From positions 104,770,529-104,834,528 of the forward strand of contig NC_068985.1 of the NCBI RefSeq assembly GCF_001194135.2: DNA of 64,000 bases, written 5' to 3'. Positions 25,180-38,535 of the stretch are shown here, piece by piece. The translations under genes were made by a program, and so were the position numbers. The notes under the pieces were generated by a model, which worked only from the letters and a program-made list of their open reading frames with translations, ran no database searches and was not told the DNA's origin. The first letter of the stretch is position 1. Each line of letters opens with the position of its first letter. This DNA is from Octopus bimaculoides. Lineage: Eukaryota.

Positions 25180-26154
25180 AAGCATCAGCCAGTGTCAATG
25201 GTGGTTCCAGAAATTCCAAGCAGGAAACTACAGCCTAGGAGATGAGCTTTGTCCTGGAAGATCTGTAGAGCTCAACGATGATGTCCTGCAAGCCCTGGTG
25301 GAACAAAATCCCATCATAACTGTTGAGGAACTAGCAGAGAAGCTTGGATTTGGTTATTCAACCATTCACTGACACCTGCATGCCATCAGAAAAGTCAGCA
25401 AATTGGGTCAATGGGTTCCTCACAAACTTTCCAAGTCTAATCATGTGCAGAGAGTGAATGTTTGCTCTTCTTTCCTGTTACATTTCATAAATGAACCTTT
25501 TTTGGACCAAAGAGTGACTGGTGATGAGAAATGGGTTCTCTATAAAAATGTTAAACACCAAAGAGAGTCGGTAGGGAAAGAAGAAACACCAGCACCCCGG
25601 GCTAAAGGGCTTCAACCACACAAGGTATTGTTATCTGTTTGGTGGGATATGAAAGGTTTAGTCCACTTTGAACTTTTAAACTCAAACCAAAAGATAACAA
25701 AGGAGATCTGCTACGAGCAGCTTGAGCCGTTTAAGTCAGCACTAGAAGAAAAATGACCATCTTTGCTTTCAAGACGAAAGGTGTTCTTCCATCAGGATAA
25801 TTCTCAACCACATAGAGCGAGGATGATATTCCAAAGGCTGGAGCAGTTTGAATGGAAAATGATGCCCCACCCACCATATTTGGCAGACAGTGCTCCATCT
25901 GATTATCATTTATTCTGCAGTTATCAAAATCATTTGGACAGAAAAAATATGAATTCTACAGAAGAGGTCAGAACAGTACTGGAGGAGTATGTTTTGTCAC
26001 AGACAAGTGAATTTTAGAAGAGGGGCCTTACAAGTCTACCAGATAGATGTAAGAGCATTGTAGAAAATGAAGGAGAGTATATTTTAGATTAAAAAAGAAC
26101 TTTATCTTAATTTTGAAAAATAAAAGAAGTATTAAAAAAAAACTGCATTATTTA
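25180..26154 (+). mobile_element. Decayed mariner (DD34D) transposase pseudogene lacking its 5' end
   Basis: Pieces QWVPHKL, VTGDEKWVLY, FHQDNSQPH and HPPYL..APSDYHLF are the mariner WVPHEL, D-D-D and YSPDLAPSD motifs. In-frame stops at 25370, 25754 and 26015. Right end runs into a gap. Confidence 0.92.
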
Positions 26155-26164
26155 NNNNNNNNNN

Positions 26165-26207
<43 letters not shown>

Positions 26208-29200
26208 GCTTTGCTTAAGCTAAACAGTGTTAAATTTACATTCCTTAGATATTTTATGACTGTTGGTCACTAAGCTTTTACAAAGTTAATGGAATAACAA
26301 ATCCCTTACTTGAAAAATAGGTAAGGGTTTGCAACAGTAAAAGTACCCGGCTATAAGATCCTGCTTCAAATATGTCCCCATCAAACTCATGTAAACATGG
26401 AAAAACCGCATTAAAAATAAAATCAAATGAACAAAAATAAAACAAAACTAATTATTGTTTTGCCTTTTAAAAAAATGGGTTGTAAAAATAGCTTACTTTA
26501 CAAAATTCATCAATTAATAAGACATCTTCCTTTTTATAAAACTCATTTATTAAAATTGGTATTTAGCAGGTGATGAAATGAAATGTTTTAAACTGTATCC
26601 ATAGCACACACACAAACACAAACATGCACAATCTTGCTAGAATAGGTCAGTGACAAGAATTTAGGTCACTATATACCATTGGTTACATTGGAGAAAGGTT
26701 TAACAAGTACAACTATCCTTACTAGTTGTTGGCTTTTAAAATGGTATTTTGTTCAAACTCTGAAAGGGTCAACAGTACCACCAACAGATCATTGTCAAGG
26801 AAAACAGAAAAAAAATTGTATTTTCAGCTATTATAAATGAAATCTTGAGAAAAGCTAATAGCTACAACATTTTGTTCATAACATTTCATCTACAAAAAAT
26901 ATACACATACCAAATTGTGCATGCATCTAATCACACCCACACATGAAACATGAAAGGAAGTGACATCCAAGATGATTAGTCAAAGAGGAATTAACTGTGT
27001 AGAAAATATTAATTTAATCACAGCCACTTTTTAAACTTGTTGCAACCCATAACAGAGAGAGTGGGGAGCAAGAGAGAGGGGATTATAAGGAAATACTCCT
27101 CTAAACTGCACTGTCTTTCTATTTGAATGAGTACCAGGAAGTACAGAAGTTAAAAAGATTTATCAATATAATTATCATTGTCATCATTCTTTTCCCATAC
27201 TGGCATGGGTTGGATGTTTTGGCAAGATCCAGCAAGGGCTGTATTGAGCTCTGATGTCAGCTTTGGCATGGCTTTTATGACCAGATGCCATTTGTAACAC
27301 CAACCACTTTACAGTGTGTGTGGTGGTGTTTTTTTTTTTTATATTTTGTTGGGGCTTTTTCCACTGGCATTAGTGAGGTTGCCTAGTAACTTGCAAAACA
27401 GGAAAAACTAAGCTGAGGTGGGGGAGAATATATTCATATTTACATTATGACATTTAGTTTTTTATGCTTTAAATAAATCTATCTTGCAAATGAGAGACTG
27501 TGTACAGCCTTCAAATACAAAATCAAATTAACTGTAAGCACATGCATACACTCAGCTGACCAGGAAATCAAGCATGCAAAGAATGCTGGACTCCTTCTGC
27601 CTAAGAAAGAAGCTACCATTTCAAACTTTTCACTTTGCTGGACAAACCTTTTAACAGAGTGATAATAAAACAGTTGACCACCTCTACCAACCAGTATTAG
27701 CAGAGCACTTGACCTTTCAAATCAATGCATTCCAATGAACCTGCATCTTCATCTCACCACTGTGGCTGTCCCAGCACATCCCTAACCCAATGGCTGAAAC
27801 TGGAACAAGTTTTTTGACCAATAACAATATTACCAGTTTTTAGACTAAAACTATCACCTTTAAAAGATGATATACTTTTCTTAATTTATATCTACACAAA
27901 GTTTCAATTATTTGGTCTCTGATTATAATCAAATGTCTTAATTACTAGAATAGTAATGCTCAAAGTATTAAACTAGTTTTGTTCTTAAATATATCATCAT
28001 CATCATCAATTATACATACACTTTTCATGCTTGAATATGTCACACAATTTGAGGTGGATTTTCTAAGGCTGAATGCTCTTCCTGCTGCAGTGAACTAGTT
28101 TTCAAGTAAAATAATATTTCCTCAAAGTTAGACATGTTTACACAAAAAATTGAAAATGAAGGATATTACTTGAATGATAGTGACAAGGAAATACAAGCAC
28201 ACACACACACACACACACACACAATGGGCTTCTGTCAGTTTACATCTGCCAAATCCAGGACCAGGGATTATAACAGCAGACACTTATGAACTCAAAACCA
28301 TGTGGTTGAGAAGCAACCTCCTTAACCACGCAGTCATTCATACACTACATAGTACTGAAATAATAACTGAGAAATTTACTTTAAGATGGTTAGGTACCAG
28401 CTGTTAATATAGCTGGACTTTATTTGGTAATGGTATAGGCTACTGCTTCTATTTTCTTGTTAGTGCTGTCAGCTTCTCATGATAAATGTTCAACACCATA
28501 GGCTGTATGTATTAGAGATATAAAGTTAACAGTAATAGCTCAGCTTGGCTATAGGCTCATATAAAGAGTACTTACAATGCTAACACATAATTTACTGGCA
28601 ATAATTAGATGCTAGCTTGTAGTTTTATTACTTTTATAGCTGCCTGGGGTAGACATTTAACTCTCTTAGATATAAATTCACACAACAAAAGCTGGCATTA
28701 TCCCTTATAACATCTCAACTGTATCAGTGTCAATGATTAGATGAACATTGGAAAGTATAGCAATATGACACCAAAACATCAACAATAAGAGACGTAGAAA
28801 TGACAAAAATGAATAAACCAAGTGCAATGCTGGAAATTTGAAAAGATAAACTACAGAGTCATGAAAGATGTTATGCATTAAGGAGTGCAGCTGCAGTATA
28901 TGTTCAACCAATGCAATAGTATGAATGCAAGACAATGTTCTGGAACAAAGCAAGAAGTATTAGTCAGTGAGTAATATTTTTCACCCCCTCATTGCATGCT
29001 TTCTTGTCTAGTTAGCTTTTTGGTATTCTTTGCATTAAATATGTAAACACAAACTTAATTATTTCCTCTTGCAGATGGCATCTAATATTAAACTGTTCTC
29101 TGAACATTTCTATTTTTGTATGCCAACCTTATGCATTGACTTAATGATTCTCTCATCACCACTTCAGCATATACAATGAAGTCTATGCTTCACAGAGGAG

Positions 29201-29438
29201 GTCTAATGAGAGTCAAACATCTCCAGAGTTGTCTCCCATACTTGTCAAACATTTCAATATTAGTCACTGACTGATACTCCTTGTTTTCCTCTCAAGCATA
29301 ATTTGTTTCTAATTAGCTATTTAATGACATCATTAATGTGTGTACTATTTTCTAGAGATCTATTTCATGGCATTATATAAACACTAACTTAACTATAAAT
29401 CATGATTCTCTCTCTTTCTCTCCCTCTTTATTTTTTTG

Positions 29439-29469
<31 letters not shown>

Positions 29470-29983
29470 CATACATACATACATACATGTCACGTAAGCA
29501 ATAATTAATGCAATCCAGATTGAAACAACACTGATAACTAGCTAAACTAATCTATATTGAATATTAATACTATTTGCGGTAATATCTATTTTATTAATAA
29601 ATTTATTGATTCCCTGTAATATATAAATGTGAATACTCCACACACACACACACACTCACCTATACCTCTTACAAATTACTTCAACAGTGGCAATGTGCAT
29701 GACCTATTTGATCAGAGGTATTCATTAGCAGCTGCCCAGCTCCTTTGGGGAAGGGGATAGAAATAAAGGTATTTATTGTAACGCTAACTTTTCAAGTAAT
29801 ACACAGCTACAATTTAAGAATCAAACCCAGGTTTCAGTCCACCAAGAGCTTATTACCTTTACGCGCAGTATTAACTATAGTTAAATGTTTATTAATTAAC
29901 ATGGTGGAAATGTACGTTTCATTTTCTAGCTAAGACGTGGCAAAAGCTAAAAGTAACAGATGTGTGTTGAGATGGTCTTATAC

Positions 29984-30035
29984 CAACCGATAGGCTGTTA
30001 ACACACGTTGTATAACAGCTGCCATCACAAACAAA
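29984..30035 (-). CDS. Candidate start-codon exon of the unidentified minus-strand gene
   Basis: atttatag|TTTG...gtgATGG...CGG TTG|gtataa; ATG at 30025 gives MAAVIQRVLTAYRL, phase 0; lies at the edge of the CpG-retaining zone. Confidence 0.3.
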
Positions 30036-31165
30036 CTATAAATTTGGCGGTTGATAGCTGGCGTGTCAAAGACAGTTAAACCCATTAGTTAGTAATTGAA
30101 AGAACAGTACTGAAACTATATTATTGTTGTGTAACAAATACAAAGGCTGAACAACGCAATCAATGCATTTTTACATTTAAAAGCGTTTGTGTAGATCCGT
30201 CTATCTATCCACACATACATATAAACAATGAAAACTATTTTTCTCCAATCCTACCTAAACCTGATTTTTTTTTGTTTTTTGTTTTTTTTAAGTAATAGAG
30301 ATTTCCCAAAGGCTTTAGATTTATAGTGAAGAAATAGGACGCTGTGACGTTCAACCTTCCCCCAAGAGTCCTTGTATTGATTTTGTCGAGTTTCAAAAGA
30401 TCGAAAAGCTTAACTGCCCTCGACACGAATTAAAAAATAGTGATTTCTTTAAAAAAAAAAAGAAAAAGAAAAAAAAAAGGTAAACAAATCGGTGGGTAAA
30501 ATGGATATTTCAATGTTTACACCTTTCTCAATGATTATTCAAATAAAATTGCTGCAACCAGGTTCGGAAATAAGCTACCGAATCGATTCGACAATAACAA
30601 TCACCTGCTAGATATATAAATATATTTTTAATGGCTAAGGCTATAATTATAAAACCAGATACGTGTCTACGTATGCAGGGAATACACTACAACACTTCAC
30701 ACCTACAACTGAAAGCGTAAGTGTTTGATCGGAGATAGCGGGCTTACTCGACGTAAGTTTTTGACTGGATTATAAATCAGTAAATATCGATACCTTCAAT
30801 TAAAATAAGAACATTTAATTGATCAATTAAAGAATTTATTCGAAAGATTTCGTACCGAGGTGAAAATTTAGCCACGATGCAACAGTACAAACAAAATAGG
30901 ATATATTAAGGAATTATATTAAAATAAACTGAACCAAATCATTCATTGGAACTGGTAGAGCTGCGAGCAAAATGCGTTGCTGTATGTCGATACGTTCTGA
31001 GTTCAAATCGCGCCGAGGGTGGTTTTGCTTTTCACTCTTTCTGTATTGATAAAGTGCCCATACAAGTGCCAGTCATATACGGTGTGGATTGAACTAATCA
31101 CTTCCTCCCTATACATGTCATTTTAAGCCGAATTTTAAAACCGTAATTATTTTGATCGGAAGGCT

Positions 31166-31389
31166 GTAAGGTGACGAACTGGCAGAATCGTTAGCATTCC
31201 GGATAAAATGCTTAGCGGCATTTCATCCATCTTTACGTTGTGAGTTCGAAGACCGCTGATGTCGACTTTGCCTGACATCCTTTCGAAGTCGATAAAATTA
31301 AGTACTAGTTGAGTGCTGGGGGCGATGTAATCGACTAGTCTCCTCCCCCAAAATTTCAGGCCTTGTGCCTATAATAGAAAGGATTATTG
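31166..31389 (+). mobile_element. SINE family C
   Basis: ctggcagaatcgttagc...gagttc...gtcgactttgcc...aaaatttcaggccttgtgcctataatagaaaggattatt. Related copies at 13985-14208, 40732-40905 and 55067-55272; fragments near 30300-30420(-), 30950-31110, 32580-32720(-) and 47150-47480(-). Confidence 0.85.
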
Positions 31390-31484
31390 GACGGTAGAGT
31401 TGATTGACCTTACCTAGTGTGCGCGTTGCTGGTTCTTATTTTGATCTAAAGAGATATTAACTCAAAACACGGCAGTATATATAC

Positions 31485-31680
31485 CTGAGCCCGCTAATAC
31501 CTGCGCTATCTTCAACAAAAATACGAGAAGTCCGGTTTGATTGAATGAAAGAAAAAAAAACACGCTCGAGAAATTACAATTGTTTGCTACTTTAGAAAAA
31601 AAATAGAATCCGAATAAACTGGTGGTTGTTTGCAGTCGAGTAAAAACAAAAAGGCGGCGGAGGGGTGGAGAGAAATAGTT
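31485..31680 (-). other. Candidate non-coding first exon (proximal promoter) of the minus-strand gene
   Basis: CpG-rich segment ending in two donor-like sites, gcgcag|gtatta (31501) and gctcag|gtatat (31485). The 5' limit is approximate. Confidence 0.35.
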
Positions 31681-31814
31681 ACAAACATTTGTAATACTGA
31701 ATAAGTTCTTCAATCTCAAGGAGGACCTGCAACCTATAATTACATCGTGAGTGTTACAATGAAAAATGTAGATTATGCGCTGAAGATGTAGAGAAGCAAA
31801 ACACGTCGGGTGAC

Positions 31815-34105
31815 ATGTTGCATATTCAGGTAGGCTGAACTTACGCTACTCCTAGACATATTGCCTACACATTCTGTACCGTTTAGTTTGCTTCAGCAAA
31901 AATGACCAACACACTACATACATACACACACACACACATTCATACGTTCAGATATAGAGACACTGACATATATAGAAGAGAGACAGAGAGCTCCTTTGTA
32001 TGTAGTCGTTTGTTCAGTTCAATGTAGCAGCCAACAAACCTCTCGCAACAAACTTCTCACCATACTTAAAATGGTAATTTTTTACGTTCAAATCTTAATA
32101 GACCTACATAACAAAACACAGGAAACCCCAAGCGCTACATCAGCAGAGATGGCCGGGACTGAGGCATGAAACAATTAAAGAAGTGGGGATTGATTTTACA
32201 CAAACACACGAATTGTTTTGTAATGAAAAGAATGGGAACATGTACCGTATTGAATGGATGCCGTATATAACCAGAACTGCGTGGGGGTGAAAAGCAAAAT
32301 TGACCAGATTAGCACTTGAACTCAGAAGGATGAAGCATATCGAATTGAACAAAAATCTAGGTTAAGTGTCGTTTCCACTACCATAAATATGAAAAGACTC
32401 CACAGAAATAGAATCAGGTGTTCACAAGACCGTAAAGAAAATAACTAGTTGTGCACGTGTGCGCGGGGGACGGGTGAACGATGGCTCCTTAAACTAGTCG
32501 TTCCATATATGTCAAACTACTGTGGTCACAATGTTGGTTTCTAACATTAGCACTTAGGCGGGGGTGGGGCAAATCTTTACTGTAATAATTAACCCCAGTA
32601 CTTAATTAGCTGCATATTTTCCTGACCACCACCACCACCATTAACGATTAAAAGCACAGTCGACATCGGCAGGATTTGAACACGAAACGTAGGGTGATTA
32701 AAGTAAATACTACTAGACATTTAGCCCAGCACTTTGCATGCAGTCCAGTGCTTGAAGTGTGGACAACATTTTGGCAAGATAACGGAGAAAAACTCAGCAC
32801 AAAACATTGAAACACCCCTACCGTTCAAACATGGATACCACGGCTTGTGACATAAAAAGATAGAAGAAAAAGTAGGGCAGAAATTTTTGTTGTTTTATAT
32901 CATAGTAATGCCAATTGACATATAATATCTATAAAAAGGTGAGACTACGTAAATCCGTACTTAACATTAATAATCTACTCAACGGTTAACAGTTACCGAT
33001 AAAACCGACCACACACACACACACACATACATGCATACATAAATACATGTGTATGTCTATATATATAAGGATCCAAGGAATTTCATTGTAGAGTTGACAC
33101 ATTTTCACATTTAAACTATATATGTAAAGGAAATTTAACAAGAGAAGAAGGGGCCTTGATGATAATTAGACGTGTATATCTTAAGAGTGTAGGGAGTGAC
33201 TGAAATCGAGTTAGACCTACCTATATAATTTGATTGTTTTAAAATCCAGGTTAGCAATAGCTAGTCTAAAACCTAGGTGTTATATATTACGTTTATTCCT
33301 TTAGAGAACGTATGGATATGCATTTATATATGCCAATTCATACAAAGAGACCTACCTTTATATGTATTTCCTTTTAAACAGCTCCATGACAGTTATGAAA
33401 AAATATCTATCACCATAGATACGTGATAAAAATACATTCATTACAGGTGCAAAGTATGAAATTTTTTTTTCTTAAGATACATTATTTTTAACGATCCAAA
33501 ACTTAATTATCCAAAATTATCTAAAGTAACCCAGATTGTTGTAGCAGTATCAAAAATTGATATACTATTATAAAAATAATACAATTTTTAAGAAGGCAGA
33601 GGTGGGGGGGGGGAATAAACGCTAAAGTAATATANNNNNNNNNNCCCTCACAACATTTATTTCTCTATCCCTGTTTTTCAGATATACACACCTACTTAAA
33701 AATTGACACATCAAGTATCATACATATGAAATTTTGCTTTGTGAACGAAATTCAAGCATTGTTGACAGAATGAACACACAAATGAAGTGATGTTGTGTAA
33801 TATCACCTATTCGCTCTTAACAGGTCCATGGAGGAATCTGTTTGTGAGTGTCTCGATTGGCCACAATTAAAGAAAGCTGAATGGTTTGCTCGGTGGACTA
33901 TACACCACGAGCTGTTCATGAGTAACAGGAGGTATGGAAGCACCTGCCTGCTAGATCTACATTGATAAATTGTCAATTATATACATATATACAGTATATA
34001 TATAGTGTGTGTGTATATATATATATATAAATATATACAATATATATACACAATATATATATATACAATATATATACACAATATATATATATACAATATA
34101 TATAC

Positions 34106-34145
<40 letters not shown>

Positions 34146-34153
34146 ATATATAC

Positions 34154-34191
<38 letters not shown>

Positions 34192-34220
34192 ATATATATA
34201 TATATATACAATATATATAC

Positions 34221-34255
<35 letters not shown>

Positions 34256-34315
34256 ACAGTATATATATATATGTATATATATATAGTGTATGTGCATATA
34301 TATATATACAGTATA

Positions 34316-34357
<42 letters not shown>

Positions 34358-34409
34358 CATACAGTATATGTGTGTGTATATATATACAGTATATGTGCAT
34401 ATAAATACA

Positions 34410-34440
<31 letters not shown>

Positions 34441-34443
34441 CAG

Positions 34444-34542
<99 letters not shown>

Positions 34543-34672
34543 CTATATATAAACAATGAGAGATCACTACATATATACACTATATATATGTACATATATA
34601 CTATATATAAACAATGAGAGATCACTATATATACAGTATATATACATTAATACTACATATAAACAATGAGAG

Positions 34673-34709
<37 letters not shown>

Positions 34710-34947
34710 TACACACAGTTTATATATGTATATGTGTGTGACATACTCCAGCCACATTTAAAACACAATTTAAAGAACCTCTTATGGCAGCGACTACAGT
34801 TACTCTCTCACTTTCTACAATTATTGATTGCTTTATACACAGGCACACAAGTTCACAGATTATTTATACAGAGGAGGTAAGAAAGATTATGTGACGTCCA
34901 TGCCTTTCTCTTAAAGGCATCACAGAAGGTATTTACCAGAAGTATAA
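31815..34947 (+). CDS. Candidate 4-exon orphan gene, 112 aa (exons 31815-31829, 32102-32286, 33824-33931, 34917-34947)
   Basis: All introns GT-AG with matching phases (0, 2, 2). Product [118 protein letters not shown] at 35067. Hand-built model with no recognised homology. Confidence 0.35.
33970..34705. repeat. Compound (AT)n/(AC)n microsatellite field
   Basis: Long TA runs interrupted by caat/cagt; three copies of tataaacaatgagagatcacta between 34545 and 34680. Confidence 0.95.
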
Positions 34948-35398
34948 AGTGAAATGGCTAACAACTGGGAATCGAAGTGTGAAATACCATTTTCTGCAGC
35001 GATTTTCGTTTTTCCACAATTATTGAACGTTCGCCACGTTATCAGAAACGCCAAAGCAATCTATGTAATAAATAGCAACGACATCACACGCACACAACTG
35101 TTTATACACGAAACTGACACAAAGTGGGGGAACGTTTGACATAACAACAGATGTTGTAAAATGAACCTCCACTTTATGGCCACCCTGTTGGTCGTAGGCC
35201 ATGGAATATAAAGAACTGTATTTTTTTTAATCCAACGATAAACACACATCCTTTGCACGTTGGAAGTATTTAGTGCACACAAGTTTGAGGGAGAAAGGCA
35301 AATTTTTTAAAATGCAAAATTATAAAAGAATTTGGGGCTTGGGAATATATTAAGAATTTTTTTTTTTTTACCTCATTTTGATATTTGTCTATACCCAC

Positions 35399-35429
<31 letters not shown>

Positions 35430-36062
35430 CATTATTTGTTTGTCACGGGGGTTGAAGCATTGGGGACAGTGAAAGAGCAAGGTTTAAACAACTGAGAGGT
35501 TTACATCGGGTTAAAAAGAAAGCAACAACAGATACCATTCCAACAACCAGCAAGAATAATATCCCCCAATGTGAGGTGGGCAGCCACCTAGGACCAATCA
35601 AGGCACCCCACAGAATCAGGATTACCTTAATTACTAAAGATAGGTGCCTTGTCCTATCTGTCATCCCCCGGTCTACAGGTGCATGTTGACTATAGGCCCA
35701 TACATTCAGGCCATGCTCAACAATTTCACCCACCATTTGATAGATTTAGAGAGCACTATTTCTTTCTCTCTATTCTCTCATTCTAGAATCCAAAAGGAAC
35801 TTGGAAAAGTCGATGAGGGCTTGACCGAAGGGGGAAGTATCTGTCTTCGATTATTATTTCCTTTTTCTTTTTTTTTCGCCCAAAGCCAAACCTGCCTCCT
35901 GCCCTTCCAGGCCAAAGAAAGACAGAACAGAGCGGCAATTAATTAGCATATATCAGAATAAATTAATATACTTAAGTACGATTTGTTTGTAAGGTTGACA
36001 CCATAATAAAAGAAAGGGTAAAATGTAGGAGGCGGGGGTAGTTTAAGCTGGACTTTTCTCAC

Positions 36063-36140
36063 CTGAGAGTTGAACGTCCACATCCAACGTCTGTCTGTAC
36101 GTCGTCGTCTGGTAGTATCTCGTGACGTCACTGCAGCCTC
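36063..36140 (-). promoter_or_regulatory. Candidate distal first exon/TSS with perfect CRE
   Basis: CpG-rich, TGACGTCA at 36123-36130, donor ctctcag|gtgaga at 36063, immediately next to a ~370-bp CT/GA tract. Confidence 0.45.
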
Positions 36141-36179
36141 GATCTTAACTTGACTTGCGAAGGTCAGCTTACCTACCTT

Positions 36180-36523
36180 TCCTCCTTCTGCTTATCAAAC
36201 TCTTTCTCTCTCTTTCTCATCCTCTCTCTCTACCTTACTCCCTTCTTTTTCATCCTCTCTGTCTCTCTCTTTCTCATCCTCTCTCTCTACCTTACTCCCT
36301 TCTTTCTCTTTCTCACCCTCTCTGTCTCTCACTTTATCATCCTCTCTATTACTACGTTACCGCCTCCTCTTTCAGTTTGTCATCCTCTATATCTCTACCT
36401 AAAATAACCCTTCTCTGTATTCCCCTCTCTCTCTATCTCTACCTCATGCCTCGTCTCTCTATTACGTCCCCCTCTCTCTTTTTCACTTACTATTACTCTC
36501 CCTCCCTCTTTCTCGTTCCATTA

Positions 36524-36554
<31 letters not shown>

Positions 36555-36555
36555 C
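36180..36555. repeat. Polypyrimidine/polypurine (CT-rich) tract
   Basis: Almost all C/T on the plus strand, with an internal ~45-bp duplication and a terminal (CT)n. Confidence 0.9.
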
Positions 36556-36768
36556 GTGTATAGTAATATCCGAACACACTGGGACAAGGCAGAGTTGGAT
36601 GACGTGGAGGTAAAAATAAATAGATAAAAAGTAGAGATGACAGAGACGAACATTGCCGAACCGTACCGAGATAAAGCGGATGTGAGCAGATTAGTTTGGA
36701 CTGTCTTTCCGAAAGAAGGTCTTATACAATTGAAACTCTGTATATGTGTGTACATCTTCTGTATACAC

Positions 36769-36877
<109 letters not shown>

Positions 36878-37943
36878 TATTTATATGTGTAGAGAGAGGT
36901 GGGAGAGAGTGTATGTGTTACGTTGACAAGCTGGAATATATAGGTGCAGACGTGGTTGTATGGTTAAGAAGTTTGCTTCCCAATTAAATGGTCTCGGGCT
37001 CGGTCCCACTATACGGCAAATTGTTTTCTTCCTAAGTTGACCAACCAAAACTCTGAAAGTGAATTTGTTAGTCGGAAACTGAAAAGAGCCCGTCGTGTGT
37101 GCGTATATAAACGTATATACACACGATAGATAGATAGACAGATCGATAGATATGTGTATGTGTGTGTATCCTTGTCTTGTCGTGGTTGAAAACGAGCATC
37201 ACCTTCAAATGAGCGATGCTGTTCATTTTCAGTCTTCCGTGAAAACGACGTCTGGCTTTGAGGGGAAATATTACCTGACTTGGAAATAATTGAAAGGGCA
37301 TCTGACCAGAAAATCTGCTTCAACAACTTTTGTCTAACTTATGCAAGGATGGAAAGTGGACGTTGAATGATGATAATGATGTTGATGATGATATATAAAT
37401 TATTATATACTAGCTTAAAGGCTTGCACTCCGTGTGGACTTTTAAGCTAGCTCCTACAGAGAGTTAATTGAACCTTCAGCCCATAACTAAAGAGAGCTAA
37501 ATAGCATGACTATAATGGCTATATACCCCAGTGGTGTTTGATCAGCTGTTATCGAAGGGGTGAGAATTAATTCTGTAATGCAATAATTCTATTGCTCCAG
37601 TCCCAAGTTGAATTCCAAACTGCTGGTCAATTTGTCCCACAGTTCGTAAGATTAACGAAGCAAATGTCATTTATCTACCCTCAAGATGGCGTGAAGCAAC
37701 CGAGCCTTACCTGCTAGAAATAGCAACCCAAATGCTTTTAAATCAGATCCCAATGCTGGATGTTCGAGAACCAAATGAGGGGCAGATTTTCAATCCTGGG
37801 ATCATCTTGATTCCAAAAAGTTATTTGTCTATGTAGAGCAAATGTAGGCAGAGATGCAGGGGTCCCAGACAGACAGAATTTTGCATTTATTATAATAGCT
37901 TTCAAATAAATTTCATTATATACGCATATAATGTGTGTGTGTG

Positions 37944-37976
<33 letters not shown>

Positions 37977-38535
37977 TTATATCTATGCATAGACATACAT
38001 GTTAGTGTATGTATGTATGTTTTTATAATGTGTGTATTTGTATGTGCGTGTGTGTATATATATATATATATATATGGGGGTGTGTATAGATAGATAGATA
38101 GATAGATAGATATGGAGGCACAGTGGCTAGGGTGTTGCACTCACAATTGTGAGATTATGGTTTCAATTCCCAGAACAAGTTTTGTGTTGTGTTCTTGAGC
38201 AAAATACTTCATTTCACATTGCTCTGCGATCATTTTGTCATCTAACACTTGGCATGTCATGCACCTGTACAAGTAATGTCAATTTGATGGAGTGAGCTTA
38301 TATATATATATATAATAGATAGATAGATAAATAGACAGATAGATAGATAGATAGATAGACAGATAGATAGATGTACATCACCATCATCATCGTTTAGTGT
38401 CAATCTTCCATGCATGCATGGGTAGGATGGTTGACAGGAGCCCTGGCCAGGTAGAAAAAGACTATCCTAGGCTACTGTGTCTGTTTTGGCACAAAGACAC
38501 ACACACACACATACACATATATATATACGTACACA

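Noticed and set aside
33957-34625. Long ORFs (up to 222 aa) rich in I/Y/C/V/H/T
   Set aside because: Translations of (AT)n/(AC)n microsatellite. The same applies to ORFs at 15002-15532, 36150-36987 and 39159-39592.
35441-35683. Solo LTR (TG...CA with tgtt flanks)
   Set aside because: A 4-bp flank match is easily chance, and there is no second copy or internal LTR signal.
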